NCBI GenBank assembly: GCA_018241445.1
Contig: JAFEDT010000002.1
Coordinates: 66,855 to 130,854, forward strand
DNA: 64,000 nucleotides
Source of the DNA: Pseudomonadota bacterium
GTDB lineage: Bacteria > Pseudomonadota > Gammaproteobacteria > Steroidobacterales > Steroidobacteraceae
Direction: 5' to 3'
A model generated the notes under the pieces. The model searched no databases. It worked only from the letters and a program-made list of their open reading frames with translations, and was not told the DNA's origin. Every line of letters begins with the position of its first letter. Positions within the stretch are counted from its first letter, which is position 1. Shown one piece after another: positions 34,508 to 43,886 of the stretch. The position numbers and the translations under genes are program-made.

Positions 34508-35761
34508 TTATGGGGCCGATGAATCCCCGGCGGACGTGACCGGCGTCGCGGCTGGCGGCGGGGGCGGCGCCAACGGCGTCACGGCCGCCCGTCGCAGGGC
34601 GGCGATGGCCTGGTCGAGCCCCGCGAGGGTCAACGGAAACATCCGCCCGCCGAGCAGCTCGCGCACCAGCTGGATGGACTGGCCGTATTCCCACTGGCGC
34701 GTCGGCGCCGGATTGAGCCACACCAGGTGCGGAAACGCGGCGCACAGGCGCTGCAGCCACACGGCACCCGCCTCGGCGTTCCAGTGCTCGATGCTGCCCC
34801 CGGGCTGCGTGATCTCGTAGGGACTCATGCTGGCGTCGCCTACCACGACCACGCGGTAGGCGCGCCCGTAGGTGCGCAGGAGAGTCGTGGTATCGATGCG
34901 GCTGGCGGCGCGCCGCTGGCTGTCCTGCCACAGCCGCTCATAGATGCAGTTGTGAAAATAAAAGTAGTGCAGGTGCTGGAACTCGCTGCGCGCGGCGCTG
35001 AACAGCTGTTCGCAGACGCGCACGTGCTCGTCCATGGAGCCGCCGACGTCCAGGAACAGCAGCACCTTCACCGCGTTGCGTCGCTGCGGCACCAGGCGCA
35101 GATCGAGCAGTCCCGCGCGTCGCGCCGTGGCCTCGATGGTGCCGGGCAGGTCCAGTTGATCCGCGGCGCCCTCGCGCGCGAAGCGCCGCAGGCGGCGCAG
35201 TGCCAGCTTGAGATTGCGGGTGCCCAGTTCCACGGCGTCGTCCAGGTTGCGGAAGGCGCGTTCCTCCCAAACCTTGACGGCGCGGCGCTGGCCACCCTCG
35301 CCGCCCATGCGGATGCCCTCGGGATTGAAGCCGTGGGAGCCGAACGGCGAGGTGCCGCCGGTGCCGATCCACTTGTTGCCGCCGGAGTGGCGCCCCTGCT
35401 GTTCTGCCAGCCGCTCGCGCAAGGTGTCCAGCAGCTTCTGCCAGCCGCCGAGTGCCTGTACGCGGCGCTTCTCCTCCTCGCTCAGGAACCGTGCCATGGC
35501 GTGCTCCAGCCATTGCGCTGGCACCTGTGCCAGCAGCTGCCCGACGGTGAGCTCGGCCCCGGCGAAGGATCTGGTGAACACCAGGTCGAACCGGTCGTAG
35601 TAGCGCTCGTCCTTCACCAGGCAGGCGCGCGCCAGGTGGTAGAACTGCAGCGCAGAGGGCCGCGCCACGCCGGCCTGCAACGCCTCCAGCAGCAGCAGCA
35701 GTTCGTTGAGTGCCACCGGCACGCCGGCGGCCCGCAGGTCGAGGAAGAACCTGACCAGCAC
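34508..35761 (-). CDS. vWA-domain protein (CoxE-like partner of MoxR ATPases)
   Basis: 417 aa. NKWIGTGGTSPFGSHGFNPEGIRMGG is followed by a vWA fold with a MIDAS-like LLFLDVGGSMDEH and VVVGDASM. It lies 11 nt downstream of the MoxR-type ATPase gene. Confidence 0.8.
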   Translation of the reverse strand: MLVRFFLDLRAAGVPVALNELLLLLEALQAGVARPSALQFYHLARACLVKDERYYDRFDLVFTRSFAGAELTVGQLLAQVPAQWLEHAMARFLSEEEKRRVQALGGWQKLLDTLRERLAEQQGRHSGGNKWIGTGGTSPFGSHGFNPEGIRMGGEGGQRRAVKVWEERAFRNLDDAVELGTRNLKLALRRLRRFAREGAADQLDLPGTIEATARRAGLLDLRLVPQRRNAVKVLLFLDVGGSMDEHVRVCEQLFSAARSEFQHLHYFYFHNCIYERLWQDSQRRAASRIDTTTLLRTYGRAYRVVVVGDASMSPYEITQPGGSIEHWNAEAGAVWLQRLCAAFPHLVWLNPAPTRQWEYGQSIQLVRELLGGRMFPLTLAGLDQAIAALRRAAVTPLAPPPPPAATPVTSAGDSSAP

Positions 35762-35772
35762 GTGTCAGGCTC

Positions 35773-36624
35773 CTAGCGCGCGCGGCGGTGCATGAACACC
35801 AGCTGCTCGAACAGCTGCACGTCCTGCTCGTTCTTCAGCAGCGCGCCGTGCAGAGCCGGTATCAGCTTGCGGCTGTCGTCGCCGCGCAGTACTTCCGGGG
35901 CGATGTCCTCCGCCAGCAGCAGCTTGATCCAGTCGAGCAGCTCGGAGGTCGAGGGTTTCTTCTTCAGCCCCGCCGTGCCGCGCACCTCGAAGAAGGTGGC
36001 GAGCGCCTGCGACAGCAGCTCCTGTTTCAGGTCGGGGAAGTGCACCGCGACGATGGCGCGCATGGTGGCCTCGTCGGGGAAGCGGATGTAGTGGAAGAAG
36101 CAGCGGCGCAGGAAGGCGTCCGGCAGTTCCTTCTCGTTGTTGCTGGTGATCAGCACGATCGGGCGCTGGCGCGCCTGCACCAGTTCACGCGTCTCGTAGA
36201 CGTAGAACTCCATGCGGTCGAGCTCGCGCAGCAGGTCGTTGGGAAACTCGATATCCGCCTTGTCGATCTCGTCGATCAGCAGCACCGGCCGCTGCTCGCT
36301 GCGGAACGCCTCCCACAGCCGTCCCTTGACGATGTAATTGCCGATGTCGTGCACGCGCGCGTCGCCGAGCTGCGAGTCCCGCAGCCGCGACACCGCGTCG
36401 TACTCGTACAGGCCCTGCTGTGCCTTGCTGGTGGACTTGATGTGCCACTCGAACAGCGGGCAACCCAGCGAGGTGGCGATCTCCTGCGCCAGCTGGGTTT
36501 TGCCGGTCCCCGGTTCGCCCTTGATCAGCAGCGGCCGGCCCAGGGTGATGGCGGCGTTCACCGCCAGCGTCAGGTCGTCGGTGGCGACATAGCGGTCAGT
36601 GCCGCTGAAGCGTTGCGTAGTCAT
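35773..36624 (-). CDS. MoxR-family AAA+ ATPase
   Basis: 283 aa with Walker A GEPGTGKT, Walker B VLLIDEIDKA, sensor region ITSNNEKELPDAFLRRC and no other domains. Confidence 0.88.
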   Translation of the reverse strand: MTTQRFSGTDRYVATDDLTLAVNAAITLGRPLLIKGEPGTGKTQLAQEIATSLGCPLFEWHIKSTSKAQQGLYEYDAVSRLRDSQLGDARVHDIGNYIVKGRLWEAFRSEQRPVLLIDEIDKADIEFPNDLLRELDRMEFYVYETRELVQARQRPIVLITSNNEKELPDAFLRRCFFHYIRFPDEATMRAIVAVHFPDLKQELLSQALATFFEVRGTAGLKKKPSTSELLDWIKLLLAEDIAPEVLRGDDSRKLIPALHGALLKNEQDVQLFEQLVFMHRRAR

Positions 36625-36667
36625 GGTGTGGGGCCAGTCTAATGCGCGCGGCCCCGTTACACGACCG

Positions 36668-39085
36668 TTATGGCGTTAGCGTCAGGATGTGCTGCGCCGG
36701 GCCGGGCAGCAGCGGCAGCGGCTGCCCGCGCGCCCACGCCATGAAGCCGGCGCGATAGTACGGCGACAGCGGGTGACCGCTCTGCCCGCCCGGAATGTGC
36801 AGGTACCCCTCACTCTCGTGTCCGGGCGCGACGGCGAAGCGCTCCGAGGCGCCGAACTCCTGCCGCTGCACCCGCGGCATGTCCTGGTCGCCGGGCAACT
36901 GCACCACCGGCATGTTGAGTGGCGCGCCCAGCCCGCCGGGCAGCGCCTGCGCCAGCGGATGGGCAATTCGCACAGTGTTGTAACGGCCCCAGGTGCAGGT
37001 GGGCAGGTCCGCGCATTCGTGCGCCAGCTGCGCGGCGGCGGCGTCCACCTGCGCCAGCAGGAACTCGCGCCAGCTGCCATAGCGTGCCACCAACAGGTGC
37101 TGCGGCTGGGAAATGACCAGGCGCCACAGCGGCCCCTCGAATTGCGCCGGCCGCAGCCGGCCCTGCGGGTCGAGTCCGGCGCCCGCCAGCAGCATCTCCC
37201 AGGCGGCCTGGGCACTGTGTTCGTGGAAAGCGCGCACCAGGCGGTAGCCGACTGAATCGACACTGGCGCGCCCGTTCCAGTGCGCCACCAGGTCGCGGAA
37301 CGCTCCACGCTGCGGATGTCCGGCGAGCGCGGCGCGGTCCAGCAGCCCGAGCAGCAGCGCCTGCCAGCGCGCGAGGAATACGGCGCGATCATCGAGCTGG
37401 ATGCGCAACATATCCGCCGGGGTCGCCGGGCCGCGCAGGCCCGCCAGGTCGTCGCGGATCTGGCTGGCGCGTGCGCCGAGGTCATAGTCGGCCCCCAGAT
37501 CCGCAATGGGCCCACCGAGCAGCTGCAGTTGGCGCGGATCAGCGGTGGGACGTGCGTTGGCGGTCCAGATGCGGCCGGCGCGCGGATCCAGCAGGCGCGG
37601 ATGCGTGGTGGCATCGGTCCAGGGGGACTCGCCCGCCGCGCGGCGCGCGCCGGTCTGAAGGGGGATCCGCCCGAAAATCGTCCAGCCGATGTGACCGGCC
37701 GCATCCCCGAGCACCGCGTTCTGGTGCGGAATGCCTATCTGCGGCGCCAGGTCCAGTGCGGCGGCGGCCGAGTCGACCTGCTCGAGCGCCAGCGCATTCA
37801 TGTTGGTGGCCGCGGGCAGCTGCGCCAGCCAGCGGCCGAACCAGCAGATTCCGCGGGCACTATCGCGCTCCAGCAGGACGCCGGCCTCCCCGCTGCGCAC
37901 CGCCAGGTCATCCGGGGCGGCGCCGCGCACCGCGATACGCTCGTGCACGGTGGTCAGTGCGACACGCGTCGTCCCGCTGACGAAGTGATCGTCGCTCACC
38001 TCGCCGCACGCGATTCGCTGCACATCTGCCCAGTCGCCGTAGCTGTTGGTGAAGGCCCACGCGACATGGCCGTTGGAACCGGCCACCAGCAGGGGCGTGC
38101 CCGGCAGCGTCACGCCGTTCAGATCCAGGGCCGGGGCCGTAGCGCTGGCACGCAGGCGCAAACGTGCGTGATACCACACGGCCGGCACGCGTTGATTCAG
38201 GTGCATGTCGCTGGCCACGAGTGCCGCGCCACTGGCTGTCAGGCGGCCGGCCACCGCCCAGTTGTTGCTTCCCGAGACCGGCTCGGTGCCTGCGCCGCCC
38301 GCTGGCGACGGCGCGGGCGGCGCCGCGCGCACATTCAGCGCCTCCGGCCCCGGGATGGCGGGCTCCGGCAGCGGCGGCGGGGCATCACCGGGCGCGTTCG
38401 GAGCATCCCAGGACGTACCTTGCGGGTAGAAGAACTGCAGTGCGCACTTCCAGCCACCCGCGCACAGCGGGCCACCCAGGGCGCTGTTCAGGTCCAGCCG
38501 CACCATGGCGCGTTTCAGGCTGTTGACCTGCAGGTCCCACCACATGGCGTGTATCACCAGGATGGTGTCTTCGGGCTTCCAGGGCTCCACGCGCGCGCGC
38601 AGCACCCAGTATTCCCACGGGCGCGCACCCAGGTCCGCAAGCCCGGCGTTGACCCCGCGGGCATAGGCGGCAGCTATCGCCTGCTGCCGGGGCGTCGCCG
38701 CCGCCATCACCGCGCGCGCCACGGCGCGAAAGCGGAACAAACGCGCGATGCGGTCGTGCTCCAGGGCCGCGCGCCCAACCAGCGCGGAGAGTTCGCCGGC
38801 GGCCGCGCGGCGCGACAGGTCCATCTGGAAGAACCGGTCCTGGGCGTGCACGAAGCCGGTGGCAAAGGCCAGGTCCTCGCGATTGGCCGCCTCGATGGTC
38901 GGCACCCCCCGCCAGTCGCGCTCGATGCGCACCGGCGCAACAAGCCCCGCCTGGCGCAGCGTGCCGGACAGCCGCGGCAGTGAAGCGCGCAGTGTCAGGT
39001 AGCCGGCGAGCAGCACCGCCACCAGCAGCAGGGCGATGACCGCGGCCACCATCCCCCACACCCGCCTGGCGCGCACAGCACTCAC
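36668..39085 (-). CDS. Penicillin acylase-family Ntn hydrolase (penicillin/AHL-acylase-like)
   Basis: 805 aa with an N-terminal signal anchor (VWGMVAAVIALLLVAVLLAG). The alpha-chain region FVHAQDRFFQMD is present. The putative autoprocessing site GSNNWAV makes Ser the N-terminal nucleophile of the beta chain. Confidence 0.82.
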   Translation of the reverse strand: MSAVRARRVWGMVAAVIALLLVAVLLAGYLTLRASLPRLSGTLRQAGLVAPVRIERDWRGVPTIEAANREDLAFATGFVHAQDRFFQMDLSRRAAAGELSALVGRAALEHDRIARLFRFRAVARAVMAAATPRQQAIAAAYARGVNAGLADLGARPWEYWVLRARVEPWKPEDTILVIHAMWWDLQVNSLKRAMVRLDLNSALGGPLCAGGWKCALQFFYPQGTSWDAPNAPGDAPPPLPEPAIPGPEALNVRAAPPAPSPAGGAGTEPVSGSNNWAVAGRLTASGAALVASDMHLNQRVPAVWYHARLRLRASATAPALDLNGVTLPGTPLLVAGSNGHVAWAFTNSYGDWADVQRIACGEVSDDHFVSGTTRVALTTVHERIAVRGAAPDDLAVRSGEAGVLLERDSARGICWFGRWLAQLPAATNMNALALEQVDSAAAALDLAPQIGIPHQNAVLGDAAGHIGWTIFGRIPLQTGARRAAGESPWTDATTHPRLLDPRAGRIWTANARPTADPRQLQLLGGPIADLGADYDLGARASQIRDDLAGLRGPATPADMLRIQLDDRAVFLARWQALLLGLLDRAALAGHPQRGAFRDLVAHWNGRASVDSVGYRLVRAFHEHSAQAAWEMLLAGAGLDPQGRLRPAQFEGPLWRLVISQPQHLLVARYGSWREFLLAQVDAAAAQLAHECADLPTCTWGRYNTVRIAHPLAQALPGGLGAPLNMPVVQLPGDQDMPRVQRQEFGASERFAVAPGHESEGYLHIPGGQSGHPLSPYYRAGFMAWARGQPLPLLPGPAQHILTLTP

Positions 39086-39120
39086 CGCAAGGATGCCCGG
39101 CTCACCCGCCCTGAAGGCTG

Positions 39121-40143
39121 TCAGGAGTGCGACTGCGTGGACAGCGGGCCCGTAACCTTCGGCAGGTGCGTCTCGCGGACCAGTGCGCCCCAGTGCTGGC
39201 GCTCGCTGCTCAGAAAGTGGGCAAAATGTTCCGGTGTCCTGCCGCCCGCCTCGCCACCTTCGGTGGCGATGGCCCGCTTGATCTGCGGCGATTGCACGAT
39301 GGCGCGAACGGCCCCGTTCAACCGCGCAATGATGGCGTCAGGCGTGCCAGCCGGGGCCAGCACCCCGGTCCAGATGCGCAGCTTGTAATCAGGCACGCCA
39401 ATCTCCGCGAAGGTCGGTGTTTGCGGCAGGTCCGCGAGCCGGTGATCCGCAGCCACGGCCACGGGCTTCTGCGCGCCGCGAAGAATCGCCGGCAACGCAC
39501 CCTTGCACGGATCGAACATCAGCCCCGCCTGCCCGGCAAGCACCGCCTTGCGCGCAGGCCCGGCGCCGTCAAATGGAATGTGCCGGATGTCGAGCTTCAG
39601 CCGCGCCTTGAAGATCTCGCCCGCAACCTGTTCCGGGCTGCCATCGCCGTTTGAGGCATAGGCAAGACTGCCGGGTTTCGCACGGGCCAGCTCGATCAGC
39701 TCTCGCGCGGAGGAGACGGGAACGGACGACGACGCAACCAGCACGATGGGCGAGGATTCAAGCAGCGCCACGGGCACGAAGTCGCGTTTGGGCTCAAACG
39801 GCAGCGAAACGTAGGTGGACGGATGTACGGCCAGAGGACCGGTCGAACCCAGCAGCAGCGTGTATCCGTCCGCCCGTGCCCTGGCCGCTACCGCGGTGCC
39901 ATTGTTGCCGCCGTTGCCCGGAATGTTATCGACCACGACCGGCTGGCCCAGGTTCTTTGCCAGTTCGCCCGCAACCAGGCGTCCCCAGTAATCGGCGCCC
40001 CCACCCGCGGGGAACGGCACCACCAGGTGGACGGGCCTGTCCGGATACTGGCCCTGCGCCACCGCGGCTTGAGCCAGGCCGCAAGCGGTGATGGCGAATG
40101 CCCCCGCAGCAAGCGTCAGCAGCGGCGAAATGCGTGCCCTCAT
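39121..40143 (-). CDS. Bug/TctC-family tripartite tricarboxylate transporter substrate-binding protein (orphan)
   Basis: ORF 39121..40182, start MRARISPLLTLAAGAFAITA at 40143 (signal peptide). Bug-family features are YPDRPVHLVVPFPAGGGADYWGRLVA, VVDNIPGNGGNNG and YASNGDGSPEQ. No tctA or tctB lies nearby. Confidence 0.85.
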   Translation of the reverse strand: MRARISPLLTLAAGAFAITACGLAQAAVAQGQYPDRPVHLVVPFPAGGGADYWGRLVAGELAKNLGQPVVVDNIPGNGGNNGTAVAARARADGYTLLLGSTGPLAVHPSTYVSLPFEPKRDFVPVALLESSPIVLVASSSVPVSSARELIELARAKPGSLAYASNGDGSPEQVAGEIFKARLKLDIRHIPFDGAGPARKAVLAGQAGLMFDPCKGALPAILRGAQKPVAVAADHRLADLPQTPTFAEIGVPDYKLRIWTGVLAPAGTPDAIIARLNGAVRAIVQSPQIKRAIATEGGEAGGRTPEHFAHFLSSERQHWGALVRETHLPKVTGPLSTQSHS

Positions 40144-40222
40144 CTGAAACCCCCGGAATTGCGATGGGCCGGATGCTACCAAATCGCCGCCCTCTGGATC
40201 CGGTCTACCGCTGGAAATGCGC

Positions 40223-41698
40223 TCAGTCGAGCATCACTCTCAGTATCTGCATGCAGTTGGTGCCGCCCTGCACGCCCGACAGGTCGCCCTTGGTCAGGAT
40301 CACCAGGTCGCGCAGTTTGACCAGCTTGAGGTCGAGCAGGCGGGTGAACAGCGCGCGATAGAGCGCATTGCTCTGGTCCGCGACCCCGGTGACGTCGAAG
40401 TGCACGGGGTAAACGCCGCGATACAGCGTCACGCGGCGACGCGTGGCCTCGTGCCGGGTGAAGGCATACACCGGAATGTCCGAGCGGATGCGCGACATCC
40501 ACAGCGGCGTGGCGCCCGACTCCGTCAGGGCGACGATGGCGCGCACCTTCATGTGATTGGCGGTGTACATCACCGCCCGCGCGATGGCCTCCTCGGTGCC
40601 CTTGAACATGCCCTCGACCATCCGCTGGCGGGCCCGCGTGTGGGTGAGCTGGTACTTCTCCGCGCCCTCGATGACCTGCGCCATGGCCTCCACGGCCTTG
40701 ACCGGGTAGCGCCCGGTGGCGGACTCCGCCGACAACATCACCGCATCCGTGCCGTCAATCACCGCGTTGGCCACGTCGCTGACCTCGGCGCGCGTCGGCA
40801 CCGGGTTCTGGATCATCGACTCCATCATCTGCGTGGCGGTGATCACCACCTTGTTGCGCAGGCGGGTCTCGTGAATGATGGTCTTCTGCAGGCCGGTCAC
40901 CTCGGCGTAACCCATTTCCACCCCCAGGTCGCCGCGCGCCACCATCACCGCATCCGCCGCGTCGATGATCTCGGCGAGATTGTCGATCGCCTCGTGACGC
41001 TCCACCTTGGCGACGATGCGCGCCTCGCCGCCCGCGCGGTGCAGCAGCTCGCGCGCATGCTTGATGTCGCCGGCGTCGCGCGCGAAGGACACCGCCACGT
41101 AGTCGATGCCCTCCGCGGCGGCAAACTGGATGTCCTCACGGTCGCGTTCCGACAGCGCCGGCGCCGAGATGCCCCCGCCCTGGCGGTTCAGGCCCTTGCG
41201 GTCCGACAGCTCGCCGCCGACCCGCACGCGCGTACGAATGGCGCTGCCTTCCACGTGCTCCACGTCCAGCACTATCTGGCCATCCGCCAGCAACAGGCGG
41301 TCGCCGGCGCTGACGTCACGCGGCAGGTTCTTGTAGGCCACGCCCACCGCCTGCGCCGTACCGGCGCGTGTATCGAGCTGCGTATCCAGGGTGAAAGTGG
41401 CGCCTTCGGCCAGGGTCACCGGCCCGTCGCGAAAGCACTCGATGCGGATCTTGGGGCCACCCAGGTCCAGCAGCACGCCGACACAGCGTCCGGTATGCGC
41501 CGCCGCCTCGCGCACCAGCCGCAGGCGCCGGCGCCGCTCCTCCACCGTGCCGTGCGAGGCGTTGAGCCGTACCACGTCCAGCCCGGCCCCCATCATGCCC
41601 TCCAGCACCCCCGGCTGGTCGGTGGCCGGCCCCACCGTGGCGACGATCTTGGTGCGGCGCAGTTCCGCGGCCGGCCGTGGCGCTGGCCGCTCAGCCAC
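40223..41698 (-). CDS. pyk: Pyruvate kinase
   Basis: Part of ORF 40223..41770. The probable GTG start at 41698 overlaps the pgk 3' end by 8 nt. It carries [21 protein letters not shown] and MLSAESA. Confidence 0.92.
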   Translation of the reverse strand: MAERPAPRPAAELRRTKIVATVGPATDQPGVLEGMMGAGLDVVRLNASHGTVEERRRRLRLVREAAAHTGRCVGVLLDLGGPKIRIECFRDGPVTLAEGATFTLDTQLDTRAGTAQAVGVAYKNLPRDVSAGDRLLLADGQIVLDVEHVEGSAIRTRVRVGGELSDRKGLNRQGGGISAPALSERDREDIQFAAAEGIDYVAVSFARDAGDIKHARELLHRAGGEARIVAKVERHEAIDNLAEIIDAADAVMVARGDLGVEMGYAEVTGLQKTIIHETRLRNKVVITATQMMESMIQNPVPTRAEVSDVANAVIDGTDAVMLSAESATGRYPVKAVEAMAQVIEGAEKYQLTHTRARQRMVEGMFKGTEEAIARAVMYTANHMKVRAIVALTESGATPLWMSRIRSDIPVYAFTRHEATRRRVTLYRGVYPVHFDVTGVADQSNALYRALFTRLLDLKLVKLRDLVILTKGDLSGVQGGTNCMQILRVMLD

Positions 41699-42869
41699 GG
41701 GCGCGCTGCTCCAGTATCGCGACCGCCGGCAGGGTCTTGCCTTCCACGAACTCCAGGAACGCACCGCCACCGGTGGAGATGTAGGAAATGCCCTCCTCCA
41801 CCCCGTACTTCTCGATGGCAGCCAGGGTGTCGCCGCCGCCGGCCAGCGAGAATGCCTTGCTGCGGGCTATCGCCTGCGCAATGGCGCGGGTGCCCTCGCC
41901 GAACTGCTCGAACTCGAACACGCCCACCGGCCCGTTCCAGATGGTGGTGCCGGCGCCGGCGAGCAGCGCGCTGCAGTGATCGGCGCTGTCGGGTCCGATG
42001 TCCAGGATCATCTCGTCGCTGCGCACCTCGGCGACGGCGCGCACGTCGGCGTGCGCGGTGGCGGCGAACTCACGCGCGACCACTACGTCGGTAGGCAGCG
42101 GGATCTCCGCGCCGCGTGCGCGGGCGCGTTCCATCAGGCGGCGCGCCACGTCCAGCATCTCCATCTCGCAAAGCGACTTGCCCACGGCCACGCCGCTGGC
42201 GGCCAGGAAGGTGTTGGCGATGCCGCCGCCGACGATCAGCTTGTCGACCTTCTCCAGCAGCGCCTCCAGCACCAGCAGCTTGGTGGAGACCTTCGAGCCG
42301 CCGACCACCGCCACCAGCGGCCGCGCCGGGCTCTGCAGGGCGCGCTCCAGCGCCTGCAGCTCCCCGAGCAGCAGCGGGCCGGCGCAGGCCACGGGAGCGA
42401 AGCGCGCTACACCGTGGGTGCTGGCCTCGGCGCGATGCGCCGTGCCGAAGGCATCCATCACGAACACGTCGCACAGCGCCGCCATGCGGCGCGCGAGCTG
42501 CTCGTCGTCTTTCTTTTCGCCCTTGTTGAAGCGCACGTTCTCGCACAGCACCGCACTGCCCGGCGGACAGTCGACGCCGTCCAGCCAGTCCTTGCGCAGC
42601 GGTACCGGCTTGCCGAGCAGCTCCGACAGGCGCGCCGCCACCGGTGCCAGCGACAGCGCCGGGTCGACCTGGCCTTCCTGCGGGCGGCCCAGGTGCGACA
42701 TGACGAAAACCTTCGCGTGCTGGTCGAGGGCATAGCGGATCGTGGCCAGCGCGGCGCGGATGCGCGCATCGCTGGTGACCACGCCGTCGTGCACCGGGAC
42801 GTTCAGGTCCTCGCGGATCAGGACACGCCTGTTGCGCAGGTCCGCGTCCGCCATCCGCAATAACTTCAT
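41691..42869 (-). CDS. pgk: Phosphoglycerate kinase
   Basis: Part of ORF 41691..42923. The start [26 protein letters not shown] at 42869 matches E. coli [26 protein letters not shown] and overlaps the gap stop (ATGA). Confidence 0.95.
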   Translation of the reverse strand: MKLLRMADADLRNRRVLIREDLNVPVHDGVVTSDARIRAALATIRYALDQHAKVFVMSHLGRPQEGQVDPALSLAPVAARLSELLGKPVPLRKDWLDGVDCPPGSAVLCENVRFNKGEKKDDEQLARRMAALCDVFVMDAFGTAHRAEASTHGVARFAPVACAGPLLLGELQALERALQSPARPLVAVVGGSKVSTKLLVLEALLEKVDKLIVGGGIANTFLAASGVAVGKSLCEMEMLDVARRLMERARARGAEIPLPTDVVVAREFAATAHADVRAVAEVRSDEMILDIGPDSADHCSALLAGAGTTIWNGPVGVFEFEQFGEGTRAIAQAIARSKAFSLAGGGDTLAAIEKYGVEEGISYISTGGGAFLEFVEGKTLPAVAILEQRARG

Positions 42870-43882
42870 GATGCCTTCGACCACGCCAGCGTGGTGTCGA
42901 GCATGCGGTTGGAGAAGCCCCACTCGTTGTCGTACCAGGCGAACACCTTGACCAGCGTGCCGTCGATCACCTTGGTCAGGGTGGCATCGAAGATCGAGGA
43001 GTGCGGGTCGTGGTTGAAGTCAGTGGAGACCAGCGGCGCATCGGTCCAGGCCAGCACGCCCTTGAGATTACCCGCGGACGCGGCCTCCTTCATCAGCTTG
43101 TTGACCTCTTCAGCGCTGGTGGCGCGCCGCGCGCTGAAGGTCAGGTCGACCAGCGACACGTTGATGGTCGGTACGCGGATGGAGTAGCCGTCCAGCCTGC
43201 CCTTCAGTTCCGGCAGCACCAGGCCCACCGCCGCCGCGGCGCCGGTCTTGGTCGGGATCTGCGACATGGTGGCGGAGCGCGCGCGCCGCAGGTCCGGGTG
43301 ATAGACGTCGGTCAGCACCTGGTCGTTGGTGTAGGAATGGATGGTCGTCATGATGCCGCTGATCACGCCGATGCGATCGTGCAGCACCTTCACCACCGGC
43401 ACCAGGCAGTTGGTGGTGCAGGAGGCGTTGGAGATGACGGTGTGGCTGGCTTTGAGGATGTTGTGGTTGACGCCATAGACGATGGTGGCATCGACGTCAT
43501 CGCCGCCCGGAGCGGAGATGACCACCTTCTTCGCCCCGCCCTTGAGGTGCGCGCCGGCCTTGGCCTTGCTGGCGAACAGGCCGGTGCACTCCAGCACGAA
43601 CTCTGCGCCGACCTCGCCCCACGGCAGCCTGGCCGGATCGCGCTCGGCAAACACCCGGATGCGATCGCCGTTCACCACCATGGCGTCGCCGTCCACCTGT
43701 ACTTCGCCGTGGAACTTGCCGTGCACGGTGTCGTAGCGGGTCAGGTGGGCGTTGGCCTTGGGATCGGCCAGGTCGTTGATGGCCACGATCTGCAGCTCGC
43801 CGGTGCGCTTGCCTTCGTACAGGGCGCGCAGCACGTTGCGACCGATGCGCCCATAACCGTTGATGCCGACCTTGATTGCCAT
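42866..43882 (-). CDS. gap: Glyceraldehyde-3-phosphate dehydrogenase
   Basis: 338 aa with [21 protein letters not shown] and the active site [10 protein letters not shown]. Confidence 0.97.
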   Translation of the reverse strand: MAIKVGINGYGRIGRNVLRALYEGKRTGELQIVAINDLADPKANAHLTRYDTVHGKFHGEVQVDGDAMVVNGDRIRVFAERDPARLPWGEVGAEFVLECTGLFASKAKAGAHLKGGAKKVVISAPGGDDVDATIVYGVNHNILKASHTVISNASCTTNCLVPVVKVLHDRIGVISGIMTTIHSYTNDQVLTDVYHPDLRRARSATMSQIPTKTGAAAAVGLVLPELKGRLDGYSIRVPTINVSLVDLTFSARRATSAEEVNKLMKEAASAGNLKGVLAWTDAPLVSTDFNHDPHSSIFDATLTKVIDGTLVKVFAWYDNEWGFSNRMLDTTLAWSKAS

Positions 43883-43886
43883 GCGC

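Noticed and set aside
33077-34931. 464-aa (+) and 534-aa (-) ORFs overlapping the patatin and vWA genes
   Set aside because: They are alternative frames or strands of confidently called genes. They are Arg/Ala/Gly-rich and lack motifs.
40217-42094. 625-aa plus-strand ORF
   Set aside because: It is antisense to pyk and pgk. Its low-complexity Arg/His-rich translation marks it as a shadow ORF.
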